NCBI RefSeq assembly: GCF_036365525.1
Contig: NC_090417.1
Coordinates: 13,741,344-13,805,343 of the forward strand
Direction of reading: 5' to 3'
Length of the DNA: 64,000 bases
From: Heterodontus francisci
Taxonomy: Eukaryota
Shown: positions 39,001 through 54,000 of the stretch, piece by piece
How positions within the stretch are numbered: position 1 is the first letter of the stretch
Layout of the letters: each line of letters starts with the position of its first letter
The notes under the pieces: generated by a model
The model's database searches: none
Told to the model about the DNA's origin: nothing
Seen by the model: the letters and a program-made list of their open reading frames with translations, nothing else
Position numbers and translations under genes: made by a program

Positions 39001-42000
39001 AATGCAGAACTCCCCTGTATGTCCCAGCTTAAGGCTCATCCAAGATGCTGACCAAACCATCCCAGTTGGCAGATTGTGATGATGTGCAACACAGGGCCTG
39101 GAAGCAGTGGCGGGGGACAGTTCAAAAGCGAATTGAAATTGTGTCAGCAGCTTACGTACCATGTAGAATTGCAGTCGGTAGTGCTTCTTCACCAGGCTCA
39201 GGACAAACATGCAGAATCCTAGGAACAAAACCAAAGGCAAAGTCATTGTCTCGTCTCCTTCAATGGATTTGCCGAAACAATGTTGTCCCATTCAAATGAA
39301 TGGGGAAGGCTGGTTCTCAGGGTGGCTGTCCCTTTGATACACAATTCCCCAATAGTTCAGTTGGTAATTACCCCACCACCCATTGTGGAGCTGCTCTGTA
39401 CTTTCCAGGATGATCCAACATTTGATTCTCTGTCTCCACTGAGACAGCAATTGACAATTATTTTCAGCAATGCTGCACTCGAAAGGGGGCATGAAAAATG
39501 AAATCTACAGCACAGAAACAGGCTTTCAGTCCAACAGGTCTGTGTTGGTGTTGATCCTCCGTGGGAGCCTCTGCCCACCCTTCTTAATCTATATCGGCAT
39601 ATCTACGCTATTCACCTCAACTACTCCCTGTGGTAGGAATTCACATCATTCCCTGGGTCAAGAAGTTTCTCCTGAAGTCCCTGCTGGGTTTATTAGTGAC
39701 TACCGAACAAAATCACTCCTAACTGGTAGCCACATCTCACAGTGAAACTGAGGCCAGGATCAGTCTTGGATGTGATTCCCAGCCATGGTCAAATAGCAGC
39801 CAACATTGCTGAGCTCACATTTGAAAACTGGTCACTTGGGTGGGGTAGCAGAAAGCATTTAGTGCCTGCAGAACACAATCCCAACAAGGGGCAACAGTTT
39901 CAGAAGACAGAAGGAGAAAGGATAAACTTTGGAGACAAGTCCTCTTTCATATTGACTACAACGGTCTTGTTCAGCTCTGCTATCCTGTAGAGTCCTGAAC
40001 TGTAAAACTGCACAAGTTAAATTCATTCTGCTACTTCCCTGGAAAAGCCTGAGCTGTGATCCTCTGCCCCATTGCACGGAGGGAAGTGATAATCTGATTC
40101 AAGAGTTGAAATGACCTCAGATTACAGCCTGCACCCCGAACAGTTGCTGAAGATTATTTGTAATCCAAGAGAAGATTAGCTTTGAATTAATAGTCAGCAT
40201 TTTCTGTCATGGCAGAATGTCACCCAAGTTGGTTTTCAGATAAATTGCGGTACAAAACACATTTAATACAATCCTACTAACAGCTCGCTCCAGTAAAAAT
40301 AGGTGCACATTACAGATTGTTCCAGATGGGACTATACATCACTGATTCAACAATGAAGTATTTGAGAGAAAAGACAAGGCCATGTTGGAAATGTTGGTGA
40401 CAGCCAGTCAGCATCCGAAGGAGAGTTGAAAGCTTCAAGTGGAGACTCTACATTGAAGAATGCACATTCAGACTGGAGCAGTCTCCTTAATAGACTACAA
40501 AGGGGCTGGTTGTCTGTGTGCTTCTCTCAATTCTGACAAAGGATCTCCACTGGAAATGTCATCCTCTCTTCTTTCTTTCCCCTTTCAGATACGGGTGGAA
40601 TTCCTATGACATGAATCACAGCAGCCTGAGCTCTGCAGTACAATGATGCTGAGGGTCAATCTGACCTGGCCCTTCAAAGCAGTTCCTCAAGTCTAAAATG
40701 GAAAATAGAGGTGAACGCCAGACCACAGCTCTTGTGAATTTCAAACCCCACATCAATGGCTGGCTTTCTTTGTTCTGAAGCTGACAAAATGTGATGTCGG
40801 GTGTGTGACGTGGGACACAAGCATCAAAAGCCTTAGCCTTGTGTAGGGTGTGTACTTCCTTCCTGTCATACTTGACGTTTGCTGTCTCGATGCGCCCCAT
40901 ATATATTTGAATGTTCAATTAAATATGCAAAAAAAAATGTTTACCACCAAATCCTGTGTGCCCAGTCAGACAGAATGATGTGTTGCTATTGTTTAATAGT
41001 TTGTTCTCCATTGACTGACAGATTAAGTGGTCCATCCAGTGTTATATTAACAGATTGCAACAAGCAAATAGCAGTACCTGCCAGGTAAAGAGCAAAGGAA
41101 ATGAAGCGATGGTATTTGCTCAAGATCCGCAGGGGCTCCTCTCTCTGAACCAACGCGAAAAACGTGTCTGTAACCGTTTCCCCATAGAAGAAGTAATTAG
41201 CACACAGCAAGAAATACCTTCAAGAGAAAACAGTGCAAACATTTCTATCAAAACTCTTCCAGCAGTAGAAAATCACACCCTTCCGGGACACGAAGAAAGA
41301 CCCTGTGTCAAACACTGAGCCATTCCCTCCTGTGCTTGCTGGCTTACATTGGCTCCTGGTCTGGGAACATGACCATTTTAAAATTCTCAAAACTTGCCCT
41401 TTTCACATCCTCGCATGGCCTCACCATCTCTGCAACTTCTTCGAGCCCCCCAATCCTCTGTGATCACCGAGCTCCTTTGGGGAAGAAAGACAGTGGTGTC
41501 GTGGTAATGTCACTGCACTTGTAATCTGGAAGCCTAAGCTAATTCCCAGGGGACACAGGTTCAAATCCCACCACAGCTATTAATTTATTAATTCATAAAA
41601 ATTTGGAATTGAAAACTAGTTTCAATAATGGTGCCATGGAACTATCCTGGATTGTCATAAAAACCCATCTGGTTCACTGATGTCCATCAGGGGAGGAAAT
41701 CTGCTGTCCTTACATGGTCTGGCCTGCCTGTGACTCCAGATCCACAGCTATGTGATTGACTCTTAACTGCCCTCTGAAACGGCCCAGCAGTTATCAAGGG
41801 CAATTGGGGATGGGCAACAAATGCTGGCCTTGACAGTGACACCCACACCCTGTGAAAGATTGAAAAACATTGAGCATCCTATGCATCCCTGATCATAATG
41901 GCTCTGTGCCTTCAGCTGCCTGGAATTTCCTCCCTACGTCTCTCTGCCTTTCTCTTCTGTATTTTGACAGTCGTTAGAGCCTACCCTCTTGGATCAAGTT

Positions 42001-45000
42001 TTTGGTCCCTTCATAGCTCGGTGTCAAATTGTGAGTGATAATGCTCCTGTACAGCACCTTGGGACATTTTAGTCTGTTAAAAGTGCTATATTCATGTTGC
42101 CTGCTCTAAAAATGGTATTCTGAGCAAATGATGAGGAAACCAACATGGTGAAGAACAACACATGGGGCTAATTAAATAATCAGACGAGGCCAGAAAGTGT
42201 CGGAATAGCACGCAATATAAACTGTCCTGTGTGGTCCGTTTATGTACCTGCAAGTGCAATGTCAGTTCTGTACAAGCTCACATTGGAACTAACTGGACTT
42301 GAGCAACTGAATGCTCTGACTGAGCTAGTTCATCTTCATTGTAGTCCCAGGCCTGTCCAGGGGACCAGAGCTGATAGGACCTGAATGTTTCCAGCAGCTT
42401 GAACATCTTAACTTAGTTAACTTTTCAATGGGAATCATTCAATCAGTTTTTGGTGAGGATGCATTGTCTGCCTTTTGTGTTCGTTGTTCGTCCCTGCTAA
42501 CCATATGAAGAATTATACCCCGGGTTGGGTGAGCTTGCGGGCACGAGCAAAAGACAATCAGAAAGCAAGTTAGAATATTACATTCATAAATTCAAAAAGG
42601 CACAAATTAACTTAGAACAAAGAGAGATTTTTTTTTTGCCAGTTAGCTAAAGTGAATATTACTGCTGTCACCAATGCTTACAAGAACCAACACAACATTA
42701 CAACAAGATAACATTGTGAAAAGTGTTGCAAATCAGCTGGGGTGAAATATGGATTTTTTTTTAAGATAAAGAAACTTAGGGCAGGCCTGAAATCCTTAGC
42801 ATGGCTCACCCTTTTAATGGGGAGGTGAGGGATGTCACTAAGCAAGGGAGCACTCAGCCAGGCTTCCTGATCCATGCCATGATCCAGTCACTACTGTTAG
42901 AATTTGAGAGGACAGGACTGAACACAGCTTTGGGTTCCACTCCCGCTAGCCCACCTCTGCCAGTTAATTTGCTGCTACTTCCTCTCGGGCTGAATTTTGA
43001 GTACCATAGGCCAGCCTGGGTCAGTGAAATGGTACCTTGGTACGAGTCAGCTTCGTCAGGAGAACTGGAGACAAAACTGGAGTGGCAAAACAGAGTCGCA
43101 CTCTCTGATTAAAAACAGAATAACGCCTGTGGCTGTTCCCATGAAGAAATGCATGCATCTGTGTATTAATTTCTCATGATGCTCGGAGCTTAATTTTACA
43201 GCCATGTTTTTCAACCGTGCCTTTCTTCCTGTTTCTACCCAAATGTCTGTCATGTGCTCACCAGCTAAGAGTCCGGAACCATGGCAGATGGTAGGAGTGA
43301 TAAACGTTGTATCCAATGAGAATTATCTCATGAAAGCATTTGATCTGTACACAGAAGACCTAAAGAATTAGAAGAAAAAACAACAAACTGATGAATAGTG
43401 CCTTTTGTTTCAACTTCTGTTCAAGCCCGAGTGCAGGAGGCGTTGTTGCATTGTTGCAACTTATTGTTGCATTGAATGAGTAAAATCAGCACTCTTCGAT
43501 AACAACCATCAATATTTGGTATGCGATAGATATCTAGAGATCTATTATGTAGAGGGAAATACTTTGGCTCCAAGTATATTACGAAGGCTTCACAGAACAC
43601 TCCAGACCACAAATTTCCATCACCCTTGAAACCCACTGTATTAGTGTTCTTGACCGACACACGTGGAGTTGTGGGATCATTTTAATTCCAAGTCATTGAG
43701 CGCACAGGATCACTGACTGACCTCTGATTTGAAATCAAGTGTGTCACAGGGCGTCAGCTTAGAAATGGCACTGTGTGATATTATTGTGCTGAAGCTTAAT
43801 GCATTCAGATCAAATACCCTCTGTCCATGGAGACTTAAAATAAGTGGGTTAGCAGTTGCCTTCAAATTGTGCACAAACCAAGCTGTTTGTAACACCACTC
43901 CCTACGGTAACAATCGCACAACGCCCTTTCAAGCCAGTTCAATTTATTCACTTTAAACTCTGAGCACAAAGCTCAGCTCCGACTTCAGTGTCATGTCGAC
44001 ACTCAGTGTGTCCTGGTCTCTTTTACTATTCCATTATACAAGTATTTGTGTTTATTTGCTGATCATGTTCCTCACTTTTTGGTACTGTTCCGATCTATTG
44101 CTATCTGATCTCACTGTGATTTTAATGTTCATGGTCTGCCCTTCTGCCAACAGACAGAGTTTACAAAAAAATCCGATAAAGTTTGCACCAGGACACCAAG
44201 AGATTGTTTTACTGATGAAAATACACATTTGTGGAACTCCAGTCTGTTGTAGCAGTATTTTTTTTTATTGGGAAACAGTTTTCATTGAAGTATTTTGCAA
44301 TAGCATATGTTTACAGGGTCATACAATTTGCTCATGTATTTTCACTCCCTTCCTAATCTACTGTCTCCATCTTAACCTATGATATCAGATTGAACTCCAG
44401 AAATTAGGTCATAAATTTAGAAGCTCCCTTATGACCTTGCAGTCAAGGCTCTTGCACCTGTCTGGAATGAAACTATACAGAGCAAATGGGCCTGAGTTTA
44501 AAGACTGGTCGCTTCAGAGTTAGCAGACTTCAGATGAAACATCAACTGATGTGATCCAATTACACTTGGTGCATCTGGGCTGACGAGGGACAAAAGCAGT
44601 CAGAATTCCTGCTCCTGGTCACTGACTCATGATGACGTGTGTGTGTACATAGATCAGGCAAGAACAGCAATGGACACCAATGTGATGCTTTTCACAGTTT
44701 AAGCCTGACTGACTGAGGGATAGTCCCGTCTTGGTTCAGCTTGGGCAGCACTATCATCTCTCAGTCAGAAGGTTGTGTGCTCGAGACCCACTCTGGAGAC
44801 TTGAGCATGTAATCGAGGGTGACATTTCAGTGGCGGACTGAGGGAAATGCTGCACAGTCGGAGGTGCTGTCTTTCGGTGAGACCTTAAACCAAGGCCCAG
44901 TCTGCTCTCTCAGGTGGACCGACAAGATTCCAAGGCACTATTGGAAGAAAGAGAACAGGAGTTTCTCCCTGATGTCCTGGCCAGCATTTATCCATTAACA

Positions 45001-48000
45001 ACAGATTATCTGATCATGTATCTCATTGCTGGGAGCTTGCTGTGTGCAAATTAGCTGCTGCATTTCCCTAAATTACAACAGTGACTACTCTTCACAAGTA
45101 CTTCAGGGGCTGTGCAGCACTTAGGGATGTCCTGAGGTCCTGAAAGATGCTATGCACATGCAAGTTACTTTCTTGGGAACGAGGCAGTAAATGGAAAATG
45201 ACATGCAAAGCGAGTATAAATCACCATTTTAGGAGGAGAAGGGAGATGACTGGAATAAAAAGCACTTCCTGCACACATGGGTGCCCAAGAGCTTGACTGG
45301 CTAAACAAAATTCATGGATATCAGTTTTAATAGAGAACCCTCGAGACCAGGTGCACATAGAGCAGAGTAAGCTAAGTGTGGCACTGTAACCTACTATCAT
45401 CATTAGAACCATGGGTCCTAGGTAGATGATGACGAAAAAGAAAGTGATCATGGCCAGCGTGAGGATCCCTCGCACCCACCAGTTCTTCCATCTGTCAAGA
45501 GAGAGAAAAAGACAGCTTTACAATTCCAGCACTGAGGATTCATTCGAAATCACGCACACTGAGTCAATGCATTTCTGTACCTTGTTCACCACGATTCACC
45601 AATAAGTGTCAGCTTGGCACTCCCCTTGAATGGCAAGCCCATGGATTTAACCGCAGTGCAACCGCCACCCCCCACTTCCCCACAACCCCCAAACCCTTCC
45701 AGACTTGTGCCCCGAACGTAGGCAGACTCCTCAGTGCAGTACTGACTGAGGGATTGCTGCACTGCGGCTGTAATGTCTTCTGGATGAGACATGAAACCAA
45801 ATTCAAATACAAAAGTCACTAAAAGTAGCAACACAGGTTAGTAAGACCATATTAAAGCAATAACTGAAAAGCAGAAAAGTTAAGCTTGTATTGAGTTTTG
45901 GTGAGGCCACACTTGGCATATGGTGCAAAGTTCTCATCACGATATTATAAAGAAAGATATAGAGGCACTGGATAAGATGCAAAAAGTATTTACAAGAATG
46001 ATAGCAGAACTGAAAGATCACACCGAGCAGGAAAGATTAAACAGGCTAGAAAAGAGAAGGCTGAGGGGGTGACCTAAAAGAGGTCTTTAAGATAATGAAA
46101 GGGATTGATCAGGTCGATGTAGAGATTTTCCAGTTGTGGGGAGATCAAAACTCTGGGCTATTACTAACAGACAGTCACTAATAAATCCAACGGGGAATTC
46201 AGAAGAAACTTCTTTACCCAGAGAGTGGTGAGAATGTGGAACTCACTACCACAGGGAGTGGATGAAGTGAATAGTATAGATGCAGATTCCTGTCTGCGCT
46301 ATTTTTTTCTGAAACTGTTAACTCTGTTTATTTTTGTTAAAATCACACACACAGAAATCGGATATGAGTTTGTTATTAACCAGTGCCTGAGGAACTCGAT
46401 CCCCCAAAAGGTCTGTTCTTCTGAAATGAAAACTATTCCTCCGATCTTTTTTTTGCTGCCACCTCGTGTGCTGTGGAGCCTTCTGCTGCTGAAGTTGCAT
46501 CGTATTTACAGACCAGAGACAGGTCATTTGGCCCAATGGGTCTACGCTGGTGAAGTTATTGATGAATTTTTCGTATAAGATACAACTCAAGCTGTGACCA
46601 TGCCCTCTATTCCCAACCGCAGAGTGCCAGAGGTGGGAAACAGCAGGCGAGTGGGTCTAATTGGTAGCTCTTTCAAAGGGCTAGCACAGGCCCAAAGGCC
46701 TCCACTGTGCTGTACTGATTGATGAAAACAGTTGAGAGTATTTGTTCACTCCAGCTAGCTCAATTTGAGACAACGGTGAAATGGGGTGTAGGGTGCTCAG
46801 TGGGGAGGTGCGGGGGGGTTGGGGGGGTGATTCACAGCTCACCAGATGGGAATGCCATGGGATCAGGTGCTGCTTCAGTTTAATGGCCAGTAAAACTGGG
46901 CATGAGTATAAAACAAGCTTTGCATCTGATCCCATCAGTTTGCTAACAGGAGAGTTAGCTTAATATGATCCCCGTACAGTTGCCAGGTCATTCCAAGTTC
47001 TATACAAAAGGGACTGACAGCGCCCGATGCCCATACACTTCACAACTTTTTAAACTGTTATCATTGCCAGTAATACTACACCTTGAAGACAGGCCTGACA
47101 GAGCTTTGTTCAGCATCTCTGGGGTGTTATCAACAGAAGAAACAGTGTCCGCACTGACCGAGTCCAGTTTCATCTCGCTTCCAGATGTCGTCGACGTTGT
47201 TTCCTATACACACACACACACAAACAAACAAGAAAATAAAAACGTGGTGGATTCATTGAAAATCTGAATTTATAGCAAAATGCTGCAAGAGCACAGCAAG
47301 TCAGTCAGCATCTGAAAGAGAGAACTTAACGTTTCTGCTGAAGGGTTGCATTTGACATGGGAATCCTATCTTACACTTTCAAATGCTGATCACACTGCTG
47401 TGCATTTCCACCATCTTCTGTGTTTTGTCGTTATGTGTAAGTTCACAACCCAGAGGTAGTTCACCAGAATTTGAAGACACAGTACTTCCCATGACTAACA
47501 CTAGAGACCAGAGTGAGTAAGAGTGTGACTAGTTTGATGCACTGCACAGTATGTTTTTAGTAACGCCTTGCTGTGCTGGGAGTTTTACTGTGTGTGGCTA
47601 AGAGAGACAGGAAGCCTTTATTGCTCCTGATCGGGGTGGCCCTCCTACTTGCTACCCCGGTCCATCTTTTTCAACTGTATCTCTGTGTACCACGCACCTT
47701 TAAGACTACACCCAAAGCTGCTTTGAAACCAGATTCCAGTGGGTGAATGGAAGTTTTGAAAGCACCAAGTGAGAGTGGGAATTCAGAGACATAATAGAAA
47801 CTGGTCACAAAAACCCACGCCGATCAAATCTGAAGTAACTTTATTGCAATGTGCTCCAAGGTTAAATGTTTCCTGCACCAAGAGTGGCAGGATGTATATG
47901 GGAAATGAATCCTCATCACCAGGGGACTGGCCAATAGGGAAAACAATGCTCTGTGCTAACCTTGCAGAGTCATGTGCAGACATCCAAAGGGAGCCGAGAC

Positions 48001-51000
48001 AACAGAATGACTTCGATCAGCAGTTGGGGACAGCTGCAATTCATCCTTTCCAGTTTAGTTTAGTTTAGAGATACAGCACTGAAACAGGCCCTTCGGCCCA
48101 CCGAGTCTGTGCCGACCAACAACCACCCATTTTACACTAATCTACACTAATCCCATATTCCTATCACATCCCCACCTGTCTCTATATTTCCCTACCACCT
48201 ACCTATACTTGTTTGGGGTGTTGAGACAGGTCGAAAGTCTGAAACATTTTCCAACCAGTGGTAAAATAAATGCTTTTTCTCTTCAATCATTTGAATTTGA
48301 AATAACCTCAGCTATCAATGCCTGCGAACATGAGGGGAAATAGTTGATTGTGGTTGAACTGTGTGTGGGAGTCAGAAGATAGTTTCGACTGAGATGGAAA
48401 GTTAAGAAACAGGTGAGCTTCTGAGCAGCTCCACACTGTTTGCTACCACCACTCGGCTTCTATGTTTGTCTCTTCCCATTTCAAGTCGAAAGGTTACTTT
48501 TCCTGCCGATGTCATCTTGCTCAATCTGCCACTCGACATCTGCCTGTGCTCTTTCCTTCTGCACTGATTGGACCCATGCCAAGATGGAATACTTGACTTG
48601 TTTTAGGCTTAGAACTGACTTAACTGGTGACGTTGTGCCAATCAGACGCTTACATTTTGCCTTCTCCCTGTCGGCAACAATAGAGTATCAGGAATGCACT
48701 CTCTTGCCATTACCTAACCCAAGAGGTCTTTGTGTGTGTGTGTGTGTGTATGTGTACACAGTGAATGTCAACAAGCTGATGATGGTGGGCAGTATCATGG
48801 CCAAGGCTCTTCCTGTCCTCATCAAAAGTTCACAAGCCAACGCCTTTCCAGCAAGGAGAATATTCAGTCTGGGCCAACTCAGCAGCCCTGACCTTCCGAG
48901 TCCCTCAGGTGCAATGCCTTGCTGAGCGTCCATCTCCTTTTTACTGCAAACAAGTTGCTTACAAGGCACAAAAATCTTTGCTGTTATCTTAATGTCTTTG
49001 ACCTCTCAGTGCCGTGCAACTATGTCAAATACCGGTTATCAGATACAGTGTCGACTAAATTGCAGATTAAGGACTCCGAAATAAATTTAACAGGAATTCA
49101 GGGGACAGCATGAGACTGGATAAGAAGCTCTGTTTAAAAACAAGAAACACTTTGGAGAGTGAAGAGTTCAGTGTTTCAGCTGCTCAGCTTTGGAATTCTC
49201 TCCTGAAACCCTTGTTCCTCTCTCCTCCTTTTAAGTTGCTCCTTAAAGCCTACATCTTTGGCCAACCTTATGTCACTCCCAAATATCTCTTCAGTACCAA
49301 ATTTTGTTTGATAATGTTCCTGTGAAGCACCTTAGGAGATTTTACCACATTGAAAGCTGCAATATAAGTGCAAGTTGTTTCCACTCTGCATTTATGGTCT
49401 GCATGCTGCACTGACGGAACTTGACAATCCCACAAATTAAAACCAAACTTGCTCCTCCTCAGTCCAGCTTCAGATCCTAGCAACTTCTTTGTGGTGTTTT
49501 ATTTTAACCCCATAAGTGAGGTGGCACATGATCAGGTCTGGGTGACACCCTGCTTCACACAGTACTGCTGACAGCGACACAGTTCAAACACTTATCACGA
49601 GCTCAAATTCAGCAACAATATTGGGTCCAAAATGAGTCAGTGATAAGGGCACTGAAAGTATTTAGAATGCCACCCTTTGGTGATTTTAAGAGGAGTGAAA
49701 CTGAGTGAACAAATTCATGCTTCAAGTTCAAACAGCAGACAGATTAATGCCACACAAACACATCATGTTTTAATTTGCTAATGAACTGAGCCCTTCATTT
49801 CTGTTCAGTGTCTGTTGATTGTTAGAGGAATGTCCAATTAACTTGAACCTCCAATGTGCAGTATGGAGACAGAGGCCAGTGGAATAGATTCCAGTTTTTT
49901 GCTAACACAGAGTGGATCGCCTCTCTCCCCTGCAGTTTTCTGTCTAATGAAGGTTTCTAGCCGTGCACCCTGGACAACAAGTTCGTCGAGTTGGAGCAGA
50001 GGAAATCATGGCAAGCTATTATGCAATGGAGGGTGGAACAGCCGAACCCAAAGTTGCCCTCATTTCATAAATAGCAGCAAATACTGTCAACAGACCAACT
50101 GCAATTGGGACAAACTCTGTTCCAGGTGGTGTTTGAACACAGCACCCTGGATCCCACTCAATCAGCCAGCATTAAAGAAAAAGAACCCTGCTTCAGCCTG
50201 TGTCACCCGTGACTCAGCTGCTCGCACTCTTGTTTCCAATTCACAAGGTTGCGGGTTCAAATCCCACCTCAGAGATCTGAGCACAAAAATCTAGGCAGAT
50301 ATTCCAGTGTGAAAGGAAGTGCTGCACCATCAGAGGTGCCTTCTTTGGATGAGATGTTAAACCAAGGCCATGTTTGCTCCAGTAGCTGGATGTAAAAGAT
50401 CCCATGACACAACTTGGAAAAGGAGCATGGGAGTTATGCCCTGTGTCCCAATATTTATCCCTCAATCAACAGCCTAATGACCGATTATCTGGTCGGTGTA
50501 TCGCATTTCTACGTGTGGGAGCTTGATGTGTGCAAATTGCCTGCTGTGCTTCCTACAACAGTGGCAACACTTGTAAGAGTAGTTTATTAACTGTAAAGCG
50601 CTTTGGGGCATCCTATGGTCGTGAAAGGTGCTACAGAAATGCACGTCTTTCTTTCATCCTGTGCAAGATAAATTGCTTCATTGGCTGACCTTACTAATGC
50701 AAATCGGAGTACAATTTGTTTTCCAGTAAATCACTGTACAATATTAGCATGAGCCACTTTCTTTGACATGTGACACGGTGAAATGAGCGTGCAGGAGGAA
50801 ATTTGAACTCAGAATTTCCATGTAAGGGAGTTGCAAAATAGTTTTGAAAATTTGACCGAAAGCATAATCAGACTGGAAGTTAGCAAATGTAACAACGTTA
50901 CTCACAAATGGACAGAGGGAGAGAGAGACAGGCCAGTCAGCCTGTCATCGGTCATCAGCAAAATGTAAGAATCTATTATTAAGGTAGTCTTAACAATGCA

Positions 51001-54000
51001 CGCAGAAAAGCATTGTATGATCAGACAAAGTCAACATGATTTTACTAAAGGGAAATCAAGATGACAAATTGATTCGAGTTTTTTGAGGATGCAACTGGTA
51101 GGGTAGATGAAGGGGAACCAGCAGATGGAGTATAATTAGATTTCCAAATGGCATTCAATAAGGTGCCACACAAAAGGTTAATAGGCAGGATAAGGAGATG
51201 GGAGTGATATATTAGCATGGATAAAGGATTGGTTAATGGACAAGAAGCAGAGAGTCAGGAGGAATATGGCATTTTCAAGTTGGCAGGCTGTGACTAGTGG
51301 AGTGCTTAAGGATCATTGCTGGGGCCTCAGCTTTTTACAATCTATATTAATGATTTAGACAAAGAGACGGAGAGTGATGTATCTAAGTTTGCTGACAATA
51401 CAAAGTTAGGTGGGAATGTTAGCTGTGAAGAGAACACAAAGAGGCTGCAAAGAAACGAAGACAGGTTAAGTGAGTGGACAACAAGGTGGCAGATGGAGTA
51501 TAAGGTGGGAAAATGTGAGGGTTATTCACTTTGGTTGTCAGAATAAAAAAGCAGAATATTTTTTAAAAAGGCATGCAACTTGTAAATGTTGATGTTCAGA
51601 GAGATTTTGGTGTACTCGCACAATGAACACAAAGTTAGCAGGCAGGCACAAGAAGAAATTCGGAAGGCAAATGGCAGGTTGGCCTTTAGTGCAAGGTCAT
51701 TGGCGTACACGAATAAGATTGTGCAGGGCTTTGGTGAGACCACACTGGAGCAGCGCATGCAGTTTTGGTCTCCCTATCTCAGGAAGGTTATACTTGTATT
51801 GAAGGCAGTGCAGCGAAGGTTGACTCACTTGGTTCCAGGGATGAGAGGGTTGTCCTATGATGAGATGCTGTGCAAAATGGGTCTACACTCTCTGGAGTTT
51901 CGAAGGATGAGCAGTGATTTTGTTGAAATGTGCAAGATTCTGAAAGGGCTTGATCGGGTCGACACTGAGAGGTTGTTTCCCCTAACCGGGGAATCTGGAA
52001 CGCGGTCTCAGGACAAAGGGCCGATCATTTAGGAGTGAGATTAGGACATTACTGCACTCGGAGAATTAGCTGCGAGTCTCTGGCTTGTGGATGCTCCATC
52101 ATTGAGTACATTTAAGGCTGACAGATTTTTGATCTCTGAGAACGTAGGGATATGAGGAGCAGGCAGTAAAGTGCAGTTGAGGGATAAGATCAGTCATGAT
52201 TGTATTGAATGGTGCAGCAGGCGTGAGGGATGCATGGTCTACTTCTGCTCCTATTATCTTTATTCTAACATGTATCTTTGAGAGAGAAATAGAAGCAGCC
52301 AGCAGAGCTCTGTCATCTTAGTGGACAAGTTACAGAGTCACTGGAAATCTGCAAACCTGCCATGATGTTTAGACTGCATTGAATTTGTTTTGGGCTTTCC
52401 CCATCTTGCTGATTTTAAATTTTCTTGTTGGATCACCATTTCACAGGCAGCGGCCACCTTTCGCGGCCTTGCTTGCCCACCAGCTGTTTGACTGCCTCAG
52501 CCTTCAGCCCAAGGGTTGCAGTGATCCTTTTCAAAAGACTCTAGGATGGTTCGGAGAGACAGGATAAGGTGTTGAAATTCTTCCTTTTGCTGCTCATGGT
52601 CTGTCATAGCTCAGAGACAGAGACATTCACAGATCTCTTTCTCTTCCACCGCTGTGGATGATCCTGGAAGCAGCACTGTGATCCTTTCTTTCCTCAATCC
52701 ATTCAATAAATCAGGGGAAGTTCCCAATGACACTGACCACTTGTGAGCCAAATTCGAGCGAGCTTATGAATGTCAAGTCCTTGAGGTGCAAGTTTGAAGG
52801 AGAGGAGGATGCATTGTCTAGACTGGGATAAGAATTTTAAACAGCTTCTACTGAGGTAGGGTGGGGGAGAATGCTCAAGATGCTGATTGGCCTGACTTGA
52901 TAGTGAGGCTCGGACCGAGTGTTAGAGTAGCCCTCAACACCCATCCAGGCAAGTGGAGAGTATTCCATCACACTCCTGACTTGTGCACTGTAGATGGTGA
53001 ACAGGCTTTGGGGAGTCAGGAGGCGAGTTCCTCACCACAGAATTCCCAGCCTCTGACCTGTTCTTGTAACCTCAGTATTTATATGGCTACTGCAGTTCAG
53101 CTTTTGGTCAGGATGTTGATAGTGGGAGATTCAGTGATGGCAATGCCATTGAATGTCAAGGGGCAACGGTTAGATTCTTTCTTGTTTGAGATGGTCACTG
53201 CCTGGCTCTTAGGTGACAAGTAACATACGCGGCACACATCAGCCCAAGTTTGAATGTTGTCCGGGTCTTGTCACATGTGGGCAGGGATTACAATTGAATT
53301 GAACACTGAACTGAGGGAGGGGATTTCAAACACAAAACCCACCTTGATTCTCCTCTGTCTGACCTAGACGGGAATTAAAAATTATTCTAAACTATCCTTT
53401 CAAAAATCTTACCTGATAGAGGTACAGTGGGAAAACTGTACCTCAAAACATAACTCATCCAAACGATCCTGAACCTTAGTCTATCCCAGGTGGACAAATA
53501 TTCGAACCCTGCAGAAACTGCCATTAAATGCAGAAAACTGGAATGATTGCACAATCAGCTTTGCGAGGAATGGAGTCAGTCCTAACAGCACAGGAGGAGG
53601 CCATTTGGCCCATCTAGTACACGCTGGCTCTCTGTAGAGCAATCATATCCATCCCTTTCCCCTTAGCTCTATCCCCTTAGCTGTTCCAATTAAGTCAATT
53701 GTCCCATTAGCCACCCTGGACTTGGCACAAAGCAGAGAGTTATCCATCCTAACGATTTACAGTGAAACAGAGGGGCGCTTTTCTGAAGCATTCTGATATG
53801 CGGCAGGTACCCGACTGCACACAGGTAGTAACAAGGAAAGAAACACTCCCGTCCCCTTCAAGGCAGTGCTGAAAATGAAGTGGGACTATCGAATCAATAA
53901 AAGCATAGCGACAGGGACAAGTCACTCAGCCACTGCAGCCTTTTCCACCAGTTAGATCAGATAGATTCTCCTACCTTACTTTGCTCCATATCACTCCATA

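Noticed and set aside
47275-47420. Long imperfect hairpin as a possible pre-miRNA
   Set aside because: Resembles the palindromic Penelope-derived repeats also seen at about 40380-40600 and 58530-58700.
48654-48667. Possible CDS2 microexon CAG|GGAGAAGGCAAAAT|GTAAGC in intron 1
   Set aside because: 14 nt would shift the frame between phase-0 exons 1 and 2; no support without RNA data.
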